Source: an uncultured Verrucomicrobiales bacterium
Lineage (GTDB): Bacteria; Verrucomicrobiota; Verrucomicrobiia; Verrucomicrobiales; DEV007
Length of the DNA stretch: 42,996 bases
Direction of reading: 5' to 3'
Assembly (NCBI GenBank): GCA_938091905.1
Contig: CALKOM010000017.1
Coordinates: forward strand, 1-42,996
This document shows positions 19,744 through 29,588 of this stretch, piece by piece (position 1 is the first letter of the stretch; every line of letters starts with the position of its first letter). The notes under the pieces were generated by a model. The model did not search any database and was not told the DNA's origin. It saw only the letters and a program-made list of their open reading frames with translations. Position numbers and translations under genes: made by a program.

Positions 19744-22700
19744 CCTGTCAGTAGGCTGGTCATTCCTCTTGGTCGCACTTTGTCAGGCCCAATTCGTTTT
19801 CATCAACGAGTTGCACTATGACAATTCAGGAAGCGACGTTGGAGAGTTCATCGAGATCTTCGCGCCTGCTGGCACCGTCCTCGCTGACTATGAACTTGCC
19901 CTCTACAATGGAGCAAACAGGCAAGTCTATCGTACCTTTCCTTTGCATGGCATCGTTGCCGATGCCGGTGCGGGCTTCGGAGTGAGGTCATTTGAAATCA
20001 GCGGAATTCAAAACGGTGCTCCTGACGGAATTGCGCTTTATTCAAGGGCTGATGGCAGAGTGTTAGAATTCATTAGCTATGAAGGCAGTTTCACCGCTCT
20101 GGGAGGCGTCGCTGCTGACCTGGTGAGCGACGAATTACCAGTTTTCGAAAATTCCAGCGTCGCTGCTGGATTCTCCATTCAACGAGAAGGTTCCGGACGT
20201 GAAGCTGGCGATTTCACTTGGGCCCGTCCCGCCGCCGCCAGCCCAGGATTGATCAATCAACGCCAAACGGTGACCGGATCGCTTGATCCTTTCATCAATG
20301 TCAGGCTGAACCCAACAACGCTTTCAGAGAGCGCCGGTGACCTGGCTCTCACTCTTAATATTCAAGTTCTGCCAGCCCCCACAAAACCCATAACATTGAA
20401 CCTGACAAGCAGTCATCCCGCCCGCATATCTGTAGTGGCTACTGTAGTCATCCCAGCTGGTGGCCAAGCGATCATCCCCCTCAGTCCTATCGATAACGAT
20501 ACGGTCGATGACACACCCAGCATTACTTTGTCGCTAACGGATCCATCTGGAACGCTTACTACCGTAAATACTAATCTCATCTTGCTTGACGATGATCGTG
20601 CCATGGCACCGTTCAACGGCACCTTGCGCGTTGCTACTTACAACATCTTGAACGGCGTGGGCGCCCCGGGCACAGCAAGCTATGAGGCAATCAGAGCAAA
20701 CATCGCTCGCGTGAATCCAGATGTGATTGGCTTTCAAGAAACCTCTGCCGTGGGTGATTTCCGAAACCTAAGATCGCTCCTGTTAGATCTAGGCTTTCTT
20801 GTCGACCGCCAATTCCTCGCCACCGAAGGAGATAATTTCGAACACGCGGCAGCGGAGAATGGCCAGTTCACAAGCGATCAGTTTGTCGTCCTCGCCAGCA
20901 GATTTCCCATCAAGCGCACGGTCCAGATTGGGCGGGGTGTCGCCGGACGCCGGGAACTCACACGCTACCCTCTTTATGTCGAGATCGATCTACCAGATCT
21001 TGAGCGTGACCCGGTCTTCGTTGTCGTTCATCTAAAGGCAGGTCGACGACAGTCCGATCAGTTTCGGAAGGCCGTCGAAGCCTTCCGAGTCGTTCAGTTC
21101 CTCCAAGAGCAAGGCTTGGATGGGCGGATTGACCCTTTAGTGCTACTAGGCGACTTCAACGAGAACCGGGAGGGCTCTACGTTTCACCCCTCAAGCTTCC
21201 AGATTCCGCCACGATTCACCGATGATTCATTCTTGCCAGCGACCTACCGGCTCGGTGCAGATTTGGAAAACGACGTGCCCGCCCTCCGTTATCGAACGTT
21301 TCCTGACAGAGCCTTTCAAAGCGCGGGATTCCGAGTATTGAATGCCTTTCATGCGAACGGTTCTGACAACGGCACTTTCATCGATCCAGAACAAGATTCC
21401 CCGCTGGACTACATCCTCGTCAGTACAGCCATACGCGCCAATGGCACCGCCCGACCCGAGGTGTTGAACAGTGTGCTCGACCATGCCTTCGACGGATTGC
21501 CCAAACAGGGCACAGCACTAACGCCCAACACGGATGCCCGAGCTTCAGATCATCGCCTCGTCTTCGCCGACCTCCCACTAACGCCACAAGAAAAAGTCAC
21601 CATTAAACTAGAGGAAGCGAGTATTTTAGAAGTCGAAAGGAGCTCAATTGCCGGACACATCAACATTGCATCTGCATTGGAAACGGATCTCTCGGGAACG
21701 CTGACTCTCAGTGCCGATACCCTTGGTTCTCTCACTCAGACTTCCTGGAGGATACCAGCCGGAACACTCACTTCTAGCACCTTCCAACTGAGCGCTATCG
21801 ACGACAACCGCACCGCGCCGGATGTCAATGCCACCCTCACTGCGAGAACAGACGATCGTATCGTTGGACTCACGACGGTGGAAATCCGCAATGACGAGCC
21901 CACGGGCAGGGTCATCATCAGTGAGTATCGTGAACCACCATCTGGAATGACAGGGCGCGCCTTGGAACTCTTTCACCCAGGGGACACCTCACTTGATCTC
22001 GCTTCCACCCCGTTGCTTCTCTACCGCTACGCTGCCGGCAGCCACGAACGAATCCTCGAATCCAAGATTGACGTCGGGCGCTGGAAACCAGGCACCGTCA
22101 TCGTGATAGGTGACAACGCCACCCGCACATATCTCTTAGACACTGGCTTCCTACCGGCAAATGCGCTCAGCTTTCCACGGGGAAACGCTGGCACCGCATT
22201 CACCCACACGACGGGAGACCTCCTCTTCGTCTTGGACAATATGGGATTCAATGGTGACGACGCCCTCGAGGTTCAGTTAGGCTGGGAACGTGCGGATGTC
22301 TTTGGCCGTCCCGGTGAGGATCCCGGCATTGCTTGGGCTGGAAAAGACGTTTCGACACTCGATAGCCATTTAACACTTTTGCCATTTGCCAGCTTTGGCA
22401 GCGCGGGCTTCGATGATCCGAGTGGCCGCTTTTTCGCTAGTGCCAACACCACGCCTTTGTTAGGTTTCGGACTTCCACCCTTAGTTGTTCCTGATTACAT
22501 GAACTGGCTTCTTGAACAGAACGTTCCTCTCAGCCAACGCGGTCTCCTAGATGACGTCGATGGTGATCGACTCGAAAACCTTTTAGAATTTGCCCTGATT
22601 CAAGATCCGCTAACGTCGGAAGCTCATCCGATACGATTGATAGATTCGAGTATCGAGTTTATGACGCGACCTTCCGATCACTTGGCATTCGAGGCTGAGG

Positions 22701-22828
22701 TATCAAGTGATCTTCAGGAATGGCGGCGACTCGACGATGGCAGGACCGACCTCGACGACGGACGCGTCCGTTGGAGCGTTCCTGAGGGACAGGCCAACTA
22801 TGTCAGAGTTCGCGTTAGACTTCGTTAG
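19682..22828 (+). CDS. Large secreted nuclease/phosphatase: lamin-tail-like domain, Ig/Calx-like domain, EEP (endonuclease/exonuclease/phosphatase) domain, second lamin-tail-like domain
   Basis: FINELHYDNSGSDVGEFIEI, QNGAPDGIAL; RVATYNI, GFQE, VHLKAG, LGDFN, LDYIL, ASDH; IISEY, FNGDDALE. Start uncertain (ATG 19682 overlaps the upstream gene). Confidence 0.85.
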   Translation: MRKSSLSPRLHRHPSFLKTSSLSVGWSFLLVALCQAQFVFINELHYDNSGSDVGEFIEIFAPAGTVLADYELALYNGANRQVYRTFPLHGIVADAGAGFGVRSFEISGIQNGAPDGIALYSRADGRVLEFISYEGSFTALGGVAADLVSDELPVFENSSVAAGFSIQREGSGREAGDFTWARPAAASPGLINQRQTVTGSLDPFINVRLNPTTLSESAGDLALTLNIQVLPAPTKPITLNLTSSHPARISVVATVVIPAGGQAIIPLSPIDNDTVDDTPSITLSLTDPSGTLTTVNTNLILLDDDRAMAPFNGTLRVATYNILNGVGAPGTASYEAIRANIARVNPDVIGFQETSAVGDFRNLRSLLLDLGFLVDRQFLATEGDNFEHAAAENGQFTSDQFVVLASRFPIKRTVQIGRGVAGRRELTRYPLYVEIDLPDLERDPVFVVVHLKAGRRQSDQFRKAVEAFRVVQFLQEQGLDGRIDPLVLLGDFNENREGSTFHPSSFQIPPRFTDDSFLPATYRLGADLENDVPALRYRTFPDRAFQSAGFRVLNAFHANGSDNGTFIDPEQDSPLDYILVSTAIRANGTARPEVLNSVLDHAFDGLPKQGTALTPNTDARASDHRLVFADLPLTPQEKVTIKLEEASILEVERSSIAGHINIASALETDLSGTLTLSADTLGSLTQTSWRIPAGTLTSSTFQLSAIDDNRTAPDVNATLTARTDDRIVGLTTVEIRNDEPTGRVIISEYREPPSGMTGRALELFHPGDTSLDLASTPLLLYRYAAGSHERILESKIDVGRWKPGTVIVIGDNATRTYLLDTGFLPANALSFPRGNAGTAFTHTTGDLLFVLDNMGFNGDDALEVQLGWERADVFGRPGEDPGIAWAGKDVSTLDSHLTLLPFASFGSAGFDDPSGRFFASANTTPLLGFGLPPLVVPDYMNWLLEQNVPLSQRGLLDDVDGDRLENLLEFALIQDPLTSEAHPIRLIDSSIEFMTRPSDHLAFEAEVSSDLQEWRRLDDGRTDLDDGRVRWSVPEGQANYVRVRVRLR

Positions 22829-22866
22829 AATGAACCTCCTTGTCATAAATGATCCACGCTGCACCA

Positions 22867-23646
22867 CTAAGCAGTTCTTAAACAAATGCCCTTCTTCGAT
22901 TTCCCGCCCACAAACTTCAGAAACTGCTCAGCTTCGGGCCCCCAAATCCGCTCCCTTGCCTTACCAAGGGCCTCCTGAAGCCGTAGCTGACTGCGAAAGA
23001 ACAACTTGAAGACCTCCTTCACTTCGGCTCGAGCCTCCTTGCTGAACCCAGCACGCCTGAGACCCACACTATTGAGCCCGAAGATACGGTTCCTTTCCGC
23101 CGCCATGACGTAAGGAGGGAAGTCGAGCGAACATGCCGTGAGCCCCTGCACCATTACCCGGTCGCCGACCCGAACAAACTGATGAAAGCCCGCACCCGCT
23201 CCCAGGAAGTTTCCATTTCCGATATGCACGTGTCCGCCAATCAGGCAGTGATTCGCAATCACGTTGTCGTCTCCAACTTGCGAGTCGTGACCGACATGGG
23301 CGCCCACCATGAAGAAATTCCGTTCTCCTAATGTCGTAACTACACCTGGTTTCGTGCTCCGATGAATCGTCACGTGCTCTCGCAGATCGCACCCAGCCCC
23401 AATCTTGACCCCACTGAACCGGGTTCGATCGAAGGAAAGGTCCTGCGGAAAGGCACCCAGCACCGCCCCTGGACCAACTTTGCAGCCTTCCCCAATGTCC
23501 ACGGTGCCAAGCAGTTGGGCATGTCCACTGACTTCGCAGCCATCGCCAATGGAGACGCCACCTTCGACAATCGCATAGGGCCCAATAGAGACGTCCGCCC
23601 CAAGTTGCGCCTGGGAATCAACAACTGCCGTAGGATGAATGGCCAT
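22867..23646 (-). CDS. lpxA: Acyl-ACP--UDP-N-acetylglucosamine O-acyltransferase
   Basis: MAIHPTAVV, hexapeptide repeats, PQDLSF, REHVTIHR, HVGHD, HQFVRVG, GLNSVGLRRAGF. Start corrected to 23646. Confidence 0.93.
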   Translation of the reverse strand: MAIHPTAVVDSQAQLGADVSIGPYAIVEGGVSIGDGCEVSGHAQLLGTVDIGEGCKVGPGAVLGAFPQDLSFDRTRFSGVKIGAGCDLREHVTIHRSTKPGVVTTLGERNFFMVGAHVGHDSQVGDDNVIANHCLIGGHVHIGNGNFLGAGAGFHQFVRVGDRVMVQGLTACSLDFPPYVMAAERNRIFGLNSVGLRRAGFSKEARAEVKEVFKLFFRSQLRLQEALGKARERIWGPEAEQFLKFVGGKSKKGICLRTA

Positions 23647-23698
23647 GCTGGAGAGATAGGGCACCAGGATGGCAAACGGACAACTGGAATCCTCAGCC

Positions 23699-25372
23699 TC
23701 AGAGACGATTGCACGCAGAAACGAGCGCTCGCAGGCCTGCCATTTCAATCGAGGGATCAATGCCACACCCCCATATGAGGGCACCATCGGAATCACGCTG
23801 CAATTGGACATACGCAGCGGAATCCGTTGCCGACCCGCTCCCCATCGCATGGGAGCGATAGTCCGTTAGGCTAAAATCTTTCCAGCCTTGAGCTTCAAGC
23901 GCCTGGGTAAACGCATTGATCGGCCCATTGCCTTCCCCACGCACTATGTGGATACCACCATCGCGGTCTACTTTAGCAATGCACATGACTTTGCCTGGGG
24001 CATTCTTGTCATGGACCAGTTCATAGTCCACCAGGCGCAACGGTGTTTCACTGTTGACGAATTCAGAATAAAACGCATCGCGAATCTTTTCGGAGCTGAG
24101 TTCTTCGCCTAACTGATCTGCCAAGCTGTTGACCAACAAGCCCACTTCTGGGTGCATCGTCTTTGGCAGATCGAGACCATACTCACGGTCCAGCACATAG
24201 GCGACGCCGCCTTTGCCACTTTGACTGTTGATACGAATGATAGCCTCGTAGCTACGACCAATGTCCTGGGGATCAACCGTGAGATAAGGAACAGCCCAGT
24301 GCTGCTCGCCAGCATCTGGCTTCTGCAAGTCCATGCCTTTCTTGATCGCATCTTGATGACTTCCCGAAAACGCCGTGAACACAAGTTCGCCGCCATAAGG
24401 CTGACGCTCCGGCACGATCATGCGAGTAGTGCGCTCGTAAACCTCACGGATATGCGATAGCTGAGAGAAATCGAGGCCTGTCTCAATGCCATGGCTATTC
24501 ATGTTCAACGCCACAGTCACGATGTCCAAGTTCCCTGTACGTTCACCATTGCCAAAAAGTGTGCCTTCCACACGATCTGCACCCGCCATCAAACCCAACT
24601 CTGTTGCTGCCGTACCTGTGCCTCGATCGTTGTGCGTATGCAGGCTGATGAGCGCCTGATCCCGCCGCGTGAGATGCTTGCAGAACCACTCAATCTGGTC
24701 AGCATGCACGTTCGGAGTGAACCACTCAACCGTCGCTGGTAGGTTCAAAATGATAGGTGACTCAACGCTCGGCTGCCAGGCGTCCATCACGTCCTCACAG
24801 ACCTCCAAAGAGAATTCCAACTCAGTATCCGAGAAGCTCTCGGGCGAATACTGAAAGGCGATGCTCGTTTCAGGTAAAGTCGGGACCAGGCTCTTCACCA
24901 ACGTCGTCCCATCCACGGCAATCGCCTTGATCTCTTCCTGGCTGGCATCACGAAAGGTCACCCGACGCTGCAACGGTGAGGTTGAGTTGTAGAGATGCAC
25001 GATCGCGTTCTTCGCTCCCGCAAGACTCTCGAAGGTCCGGCGGATCAAATGCTCACGTGCCTGCACCAGTACTTGCACTTGCACATCATCTGGCACCAAC
25101 TTATCCTCTACCAAACGACGCATAAATGCGAACTCAGTGTCAGATGCAGACGGGAAACCAACCTCGATCTGTTTGAATCCGATCCCAACTAGAAGCTGAA
25201 ACATCTCTAGCTTCTCTTCCACAGACATGGGTACTGCGAGTGCCTGATTACCATCCCGGAGGTCCACGCTACACCACAGCGGTGCCTTCGTGATCTCGTG
25301 ATCAGGCCATTGGCGATCGGGAAGATCGACTTTGGGAAACGGCCGGTATTTAGTTAAACTGTCAGGTTTCAT
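23699..25372 (-). CDS. leuA: 2-isopropylmalate synthase
   Basis: WCSVDLRDGNQAL, IEVGFPSAS, YSPESF, LHTHNDRG, GNGERTGN, AFSGSHQDAI, IRINSQSGKGG. Confidence 0.98.
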   Translation of the reverse strand: MKPDSLTKYRPFPKVDLPDRQWPDHEITKAPLWCSVDLRDGNQALAVPMSVEEKLEMFQLLVGIGFKQIEVGFPSASDTEFAFMRRLVEDKLVPDDVQVQVLVQAREHLIRRTFESLAGAKNAIVHLYNSTSPLQRRVTFRDASQEEIKAIAVDGTTLVKSLVPTLPETSIAFQYSPESFSDTELEFSLEVCEDVMDAWQPSVESPIILNLPATVEWFTPNVHADQIEWFCKHLTRRDQALISLHTHNDRGTGTAATELGLMAGADRVEGTLFGNGERTGNLDIVTVALNMNSHGIETGLDFSQLSHIREVYERTTRMIVPERQPYGGELVFTAFSGSHQDAIKKGMDLQKPDAGEQHWAVPYLTVDPQDIGRSYEAIIRINSQSGKGGVAYVLDREYGLDLPKTMHPEVGLLVNSLADQLGEELSSEKIRDAFYSEFVNSETPLRLVDYELVHDKNAPGKVMCIAKVDRDGGIHIVRGEGNGPINAFTQALEAQGWKDFSLTDYRSHAMGSGSATDSAAYVQLQRDSDGALIWGCGIDPSIEMAGLRALVSACNRL

Positions 25373-25395
25373 GAGTCTGCAAAAGAAGGGATGTT

Positions 25396-25453
25396 AAAAG
25401 GAAGAAAGGACTAGGGCGAATAGTCAGGACGATTGCCCTGAATTACTGCTAGT
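25396..25453 (-). terminator. Attenuator terminator upstream of leuA
   Basis: Core stem TCAGGGC-AATC-GTCCTGA, extendable to ACTAG...CTAGT, followed by pyrimidine-rich CCTTTCTTCCTTTT. Confidence 0.6.
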
Positions 25454-25471
25454 GAGCCAATCCGGTGCGAT

Positions 25472-25546
25472 CTATGCACGCAAGAGTAGGCCCGCGCCAC
25501 TAAGTCGCAGGTTGCCGAGGGTCGTCAGGAGTCTGTCTTTCGGCAT
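25472..25546 (-). CDS. Leu-rich leader peptide (24 aa) of a leuA attenuator
   Basis: MPKDRLLTTLGNLRLSGAGLLLRA*: 8 Leu, ending in CTA CTC TTG; stop lies 99 nt upstream of the leuA start. Confidence 0.8.
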   Translation of the reverse strand: MPKDRLLTTLGNLRLSGAGLLLRA

Positions 25547-25614
25547 ACCAAACATCGCCAGGAGCCTAGGAACATTTCATGCGCTGTCCACAGGAAACTC
25601 TCACTGTAGTAGAC

Positions 25615-25845
25615 TCATTCTTCTTCAGCATCCTCGTCCCCACCAGCGGACAGCTCCCAGTGGCGCCCCAAGCAATACGCAATGAAGGCGGCGTAGAGCG
25701 CCGAGGCCACCACGGAATAGAGTGCCCATGTCGGAAAGCCAAGCACCACCGGGGGCAACCGATCCGAAGGTAGGAAGAACCACGGCACCGTGAATACCAG
25801 TGCCAGAAGCGAGTAGGTATAGAGAGCACCTTTGCTGCGAATCAT
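25615..25845 (-). CDS. Small two-helix membrane protein (DUF3311/DUF997-like)
   Basis: FTVPWFF...VLGFPTWALYSV, acidic tail; pattern resembles the small partners of sodium:solute symporters. Confidence 0.7.
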   Translation of the reverse strand: MIRSKGALYTYSLLALVFTVPWFFLPSDRLPPVVLGFPTWALYSVVASALYAAFIAYCLGRHWELSAGGDEDAEEE

Positions 25846-25972
25846 GACCAAATGCTAACCAAATCACCCGCCATGTCGAGCCCCCAATCATCCCTAACAA
25901 CGCCCTCAGATCAGCTCTTCTGACGCTCAAATTTCCCTTGCTCGGCCTCTAGGCACTACTTAGAAATTAAAG

Positions 25973-28900
25973 ATGCATTTCACCCCCATGACAATTCGGC
26001 GCACGTTCCTTCACGCCGGGGCTGCTTTGGCCCTGTGCCTAGGCAATTCACTCGTGGCGGCCGACCTGACCACGACCGCTCTCGCCAAACCTGCACCACC
26101 CACTGGAGACACCCTCTTTACCTCCGTTCCCATCAACAATTCGGGCGTTGAGCTGCCTCCTGTCATGCATGACCCTAGCGACCCGCTTGGCTTCCTCTAT
26201 GGCTCCGGCTTCGAATACGGTGGCCTCGCCATGGGCGACGTGAATGCCGACGGCAGACCAGATCTATTCATCGCCGGATCTCCAGGACGCAGCCGGCTCT
26301 TTCTTCAAAACGCCGATTTCAAGTTTGAAGACGTCACTGACGCTGCTGGAGTGAACCCTGGGAAAGCTTGGGGCCGCGGCTCCTCCTTTGCAGACATTGA
26401 TAACGACGGTGACCTTGATCTCTACTTGGCCATCCACGACGCGCCCAATCAGCTATTTATCAATGAAGGCGTGAGTGACTCCGGCCTACCCAAATTTCGC
26501 GAGTCCGCTGCTTCCTACGGCCTCAATTTGAGTGATGCCAGCCTCATGCCGTCGTTCTGTGACTATGACAGGGATGGCGACCTTGACCTCTACCTTCTCA
26601 CAAACCAATTCCATTGGCCAGGCGGTGCCGTTCCCAAAGACATCATCAAATTGAACAACGGTCGTCCCTATTTGGAACCCAAGCACGCCAAATACTTTCA
26701 GCTCGTTTCCGCCGGCAAAGGCAAGGTTACCTACAAGAATCTCGGAAGACGCGACTTCCTCTTTCGCAATGACGGCAATGGTCGCTTCACTGAAGTTAGC
26801 AAAGATTCCGGCCTCTCACTTGCGCGAGGGCGTGGCCTTTCCTCAACCTGGTGGGACTATGACGGCGATGGCTGGCTCGATCTCTATGTCGGTAATGACT
26901 GGGAAGACCCCGATCGACTTTATCGCAACCAAGGCGATGGCACCTTCAAGGATGTCGTCAAAGAGACGGTCCCGCATACCACCTGGTTCTCCATGGGTTC
27001 GGACATTGGAGATCTCAACAGCGACGGCATCATGGATCTCTTCAGCGCCGACATGTCCGGAACCACCCACTACAAACGTAAGATCAGCATGGGTTCCATG
27101 AATGCGGAGCAGAATGCTTTCCTCGTAACCGCACGCCCGCCTCAATACATGCGCAATGCCGCCTTTCTCGGCACGGGGACCAAGCGAGTGTTAGAAGGCG
27201 CCTATCTCATGGGCCTTGCCAATTCTGATTGGTCGTGGTGCGTCAAGCTTCGCGACTTCGACAACGACGGGCACTGCGACGTCTTCATCACCAATGGCAT
27301 GGCGCAGAATATCGTCGCCACGGAAACTAGCGATGGCGGCAAACCCGGCGCCGACGATCTACGCAAAGAGCGTAACCTCGCCTTCCGCAACGACGGACAT
27401 GCTCACTTCAGCGATGTCAGCAAGGACTGGGGCATTGATTACTTCGGCCTCAGCCTAGCATCTTCCTGCGGTGACCTCGATCGCGACGGCGACCTAGATC
27501 TCATTGTCATCAATCAGGACGAATCACCCTCAATCTATCGCAACGGCTCCACAAGCAACCGCTGCACCGTGCAATTGAAAGGCACCCTCTCAAACAAACA
27601 CGGACTGGGTTCCATCCTGACTGTCGAAACCGCCACATCCACACAAACACACCAGGCCCTACTTACTAGAGGCTATCTTGGCTCAGACGACCCTATCATA
27701 ACGATTGGACTGGGAAACGCGAAACAGATTAAGAAGCTCACCGTCAACTGGCCCAGCGGACAGGTCAGCCAATTGGCTAACATTGACGCAAATCAAGCGC
27801 TTATCATCACCGAACCATCCGCCAAACCCACTCAAACCGCCACACCCCCGAGTCAGCCTCAGTTCTCTCGATCGGACATCTTTAAGCAAACCCCTCACCG
27901 CGAGTCGCCCGTGGATGACTTCGCTCGCGAACCGCTTCTTCCAAACAAGCTATCACAACTCGGCCCCGCCATCGCCGTCGGAGACATTGATGGTGACGGA
28001 GACGACGACCTCGCCCAAGGAGGAGCCCGTGGTCAAACCACCATGTTGCTCCTCAACAATGGCAAAGGGGGCTACGATGCGCGTTCGCTAAGCGGAACCG
28101 AAGCTTTCGAAGACATGGGCCTGCTCTGGATCGATGTCGACAATGATGGGGACCTCGATCTCTATGCAGTCAGCGGAGGCGTAGAATGCTCCCCTGGTGA
28201 ACCCGTTCTCCAAGATCGCCTATTCCTCTCAGAACCTGGGCTACGCTTCCGAATCGCCCCGCAAGGCACCTTGCCAAAGATGTTAGATAGCGGCGGCCCA
28301 ATCACAGCTGCAGACTTTGATCGCGACGGCGATATGGACATCTTCGTTGGCAGTCGCGTCGTTCCTGGCGCGTTCACCACGACACCAACAAGTCATTTGT
28401 TAGAAAACATCGGTGGCAAGTTTCGCGACATCACGCAATCCCACGCGAAAGGACTCGCTAAAACGGGCATGGTCACCTCAGCCACGTTTGCCGATATCGA
28501 CAACGATGGTTGGCAAGACCTACTCGTGGGCCACGAATGGGGACCTATCAAAGTCTTTCACAACAAGGACGGCAAGTTCGTCGACCAAACCACCGCCGCA
28601 GGTCTAAGTAAATTCACTGGCTGGTGGAATAGTCTCGCCGCTGGCGATCTAGACAATGACGGCGATCTCGATCTCGTCGCCGGAAACTTTGGGCACAACA
28701 CCAAGTATCACGCGACACCAGAGAAACCGGTAATGATCTTCGCAGGCAAGTTCGGCACCGACCATCTCCAGCTCGTCGAAGCCGAGTATGAAAACGACAG
28801 CCTCTTCCCGGTGCGAGGCCGCAGTTGCTCCACCCGAGCCATTCCCCATCTCGCCAATAAATTCACCACGTTCCACGACTTTGCTCTAGCAGAAGTCAAC

Positions 28901-29587
28901 GAAATCTACGAAAAGGAACACTTCGCCCAAGCACAACGCCACGAAGTCACCACGCTGGACACCGCCATCTTCATCAATGACGGTAACGGCAAGTTCACAT
29001 TCAAGCCACTCCCCCACCTCGCCCAGATCGCCCCCGTCTATGGAATCACCCTAACAGATCTCGACGGCGACGGCCACCGTGACATCTACCTCGCCCAAAA
29101 CTTCTACAACCCGCAGCCCGAAACGGGACGCATGGCCGGGGGCCTAAGCGTTTGGTTGCGCGGCGACGGGAAGCTAGGCTTCAAACCTGTCTGGCCCAAA
29201 GAAAGCGGCCTCCTGGTCCCAGACGACGCCAAAAGCACGGTCCTCACAGACATTAACAATGACCGTGTTCCCGATCTTGTCATTGGCGTGAATGACAGGC
29301 CCCCCATCGTCTATCTAAATCGCCAAAAAGCAAGGCACAAGATCATCGGTATCCGGCTTGCCGGTCAGGGCCTTGGCGCACGCCTCACCTTGAAAACAAA
29401 GTCTGGCTCCACCCAGACCGCTGAGATTAACGCAGGCGGCGGCTATCTTTCCCAATCTAGCACACGCCGAACCTTTAGTATTCCAAAGAACGACACGATT
29501 ACCGCCGTCACCGTCCAATGGCCCAACGGCACCAGGCGTGTCTACAAAGACAATCTTGCGAACGACGAGATTATCTTACGACCATAG
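25973..29587 (+). CDS. Secreted FG-GAP/VCBS repeat protein with two ASPIC/UnbV-like domains (CRTAC1-like)
   Basis: Signal peptide; many D-x-D-x-D-G-D-L-D repeats; GLGSILTV..RGYLGS and GLGARLTL..GGGYLSQS..VQWP. Confidence 0.92.
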   Translation: MHFTPMTIRRTFLHAGAALALCLGNSLVAADLTTTALAKPAPPTGDTLFTSVPINNSGVELPPVMHDPSDPLGFLYGSGFEYGGLAMGDVNADGRPDLFIAGSPGRSRLFLQNADFKFEDVTDAAGVNPGKAWGRGSSFADIDNDGDLDLYLAIHDAPNQLFINEGVSDSGLPKFRESAASYGLNLSDASLMPSFCDYDRDGDLDLYLLTNQFHWPGGAVPKDIIKLNNGRPYLEPKHAKYFQLVSAGKGKVTYKNLGRRDFLFRNDGNGRFTEVSKDSGLSLARGRGLSSTWWDYDGDGWLDLYVGNDWEDPDRLYRNQGDGTFKDVVKETVPHTTWFSMGSDIGDLNSDGIMDLFSADMSGTTHYKRKISMGSMNAEQNAFLVTARPPQYMRNAAFLGTGTKRVLEGAYLMGLANSDWSWCVKLRDFDNDGHCDVFITNGMAQNIVATETSDGGKPGADDLRKERNLAFRNDGHAHFSDVSKDWGIDYFGLSLASSCGDLDRDGDLDLIVINQDESPSIYRNGSTSNRCTVQLKGTLSNKHGLGSILTVETATSTQTHQALLTRGYLGSDDPIITIGLGNAKQIKKLTVNWPSGQVSQLANIDANQALIITEPSAKPTQTATPPSQPQFSRSDIFKQTPHRESPVDDFAREPLLPNKLSQLGPAIAVGDIDGDGDDDLAQGGARGQTTMLLLNNGKGGYDARSLSGTEAFEDMGLLWIDVDNDGDLDLYAVSGGVECSPGEPVLQDRLFLSEPGLRFRIAPQGTLPKMLDSGGPITAADFDRDGDMDIFVGSRVVPGAFTTTPTSHLLENIGGKFRDITQSHAKGLAKTGMVTSATFADIDNDGWQDLLVGHEWGPIKVFHNKDGKFVDQTTAAGLSKFTGWWNSLAAGDLDNDGDLDLVAGNFGHNTKYHATPEKPVMIFAGKFGTDHLQLVEAEYENDSLFPVRGRSCSTRAIPHLANKFTTFHDFALAEVNEIYEKEHFAQAQRHEVTTLDTAIFINDGNGKFTFKPLPHLAQIAPVYGITLTDLDGDGHRDIYLAQNFYNPQPETGRMAGGLSVWLRGDGKLGFKPVWPKESGLLVPDDAKSTVLTDINNDRVPDLVIGVNDRPPIVYLNRQKARHKIIGIRLAGQGLGARLTLKTKSGSTQTAEINAGGGYLSQSSTRRTFSIPKNDTITAVTVQWPNGTRRVYKDNLANDEIILRP

Positions 29588-29588
29588 C

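Noticed and set aside
23647..23850. N-terminal extension of lpxA in the ORF track (similar extensions on pntAA, glf, EpsI and the 37083 ORF)
   Set aside because: The extensions overlap neighbouring genes or precede the family-typical N-terminus, so starts were moved downstream.
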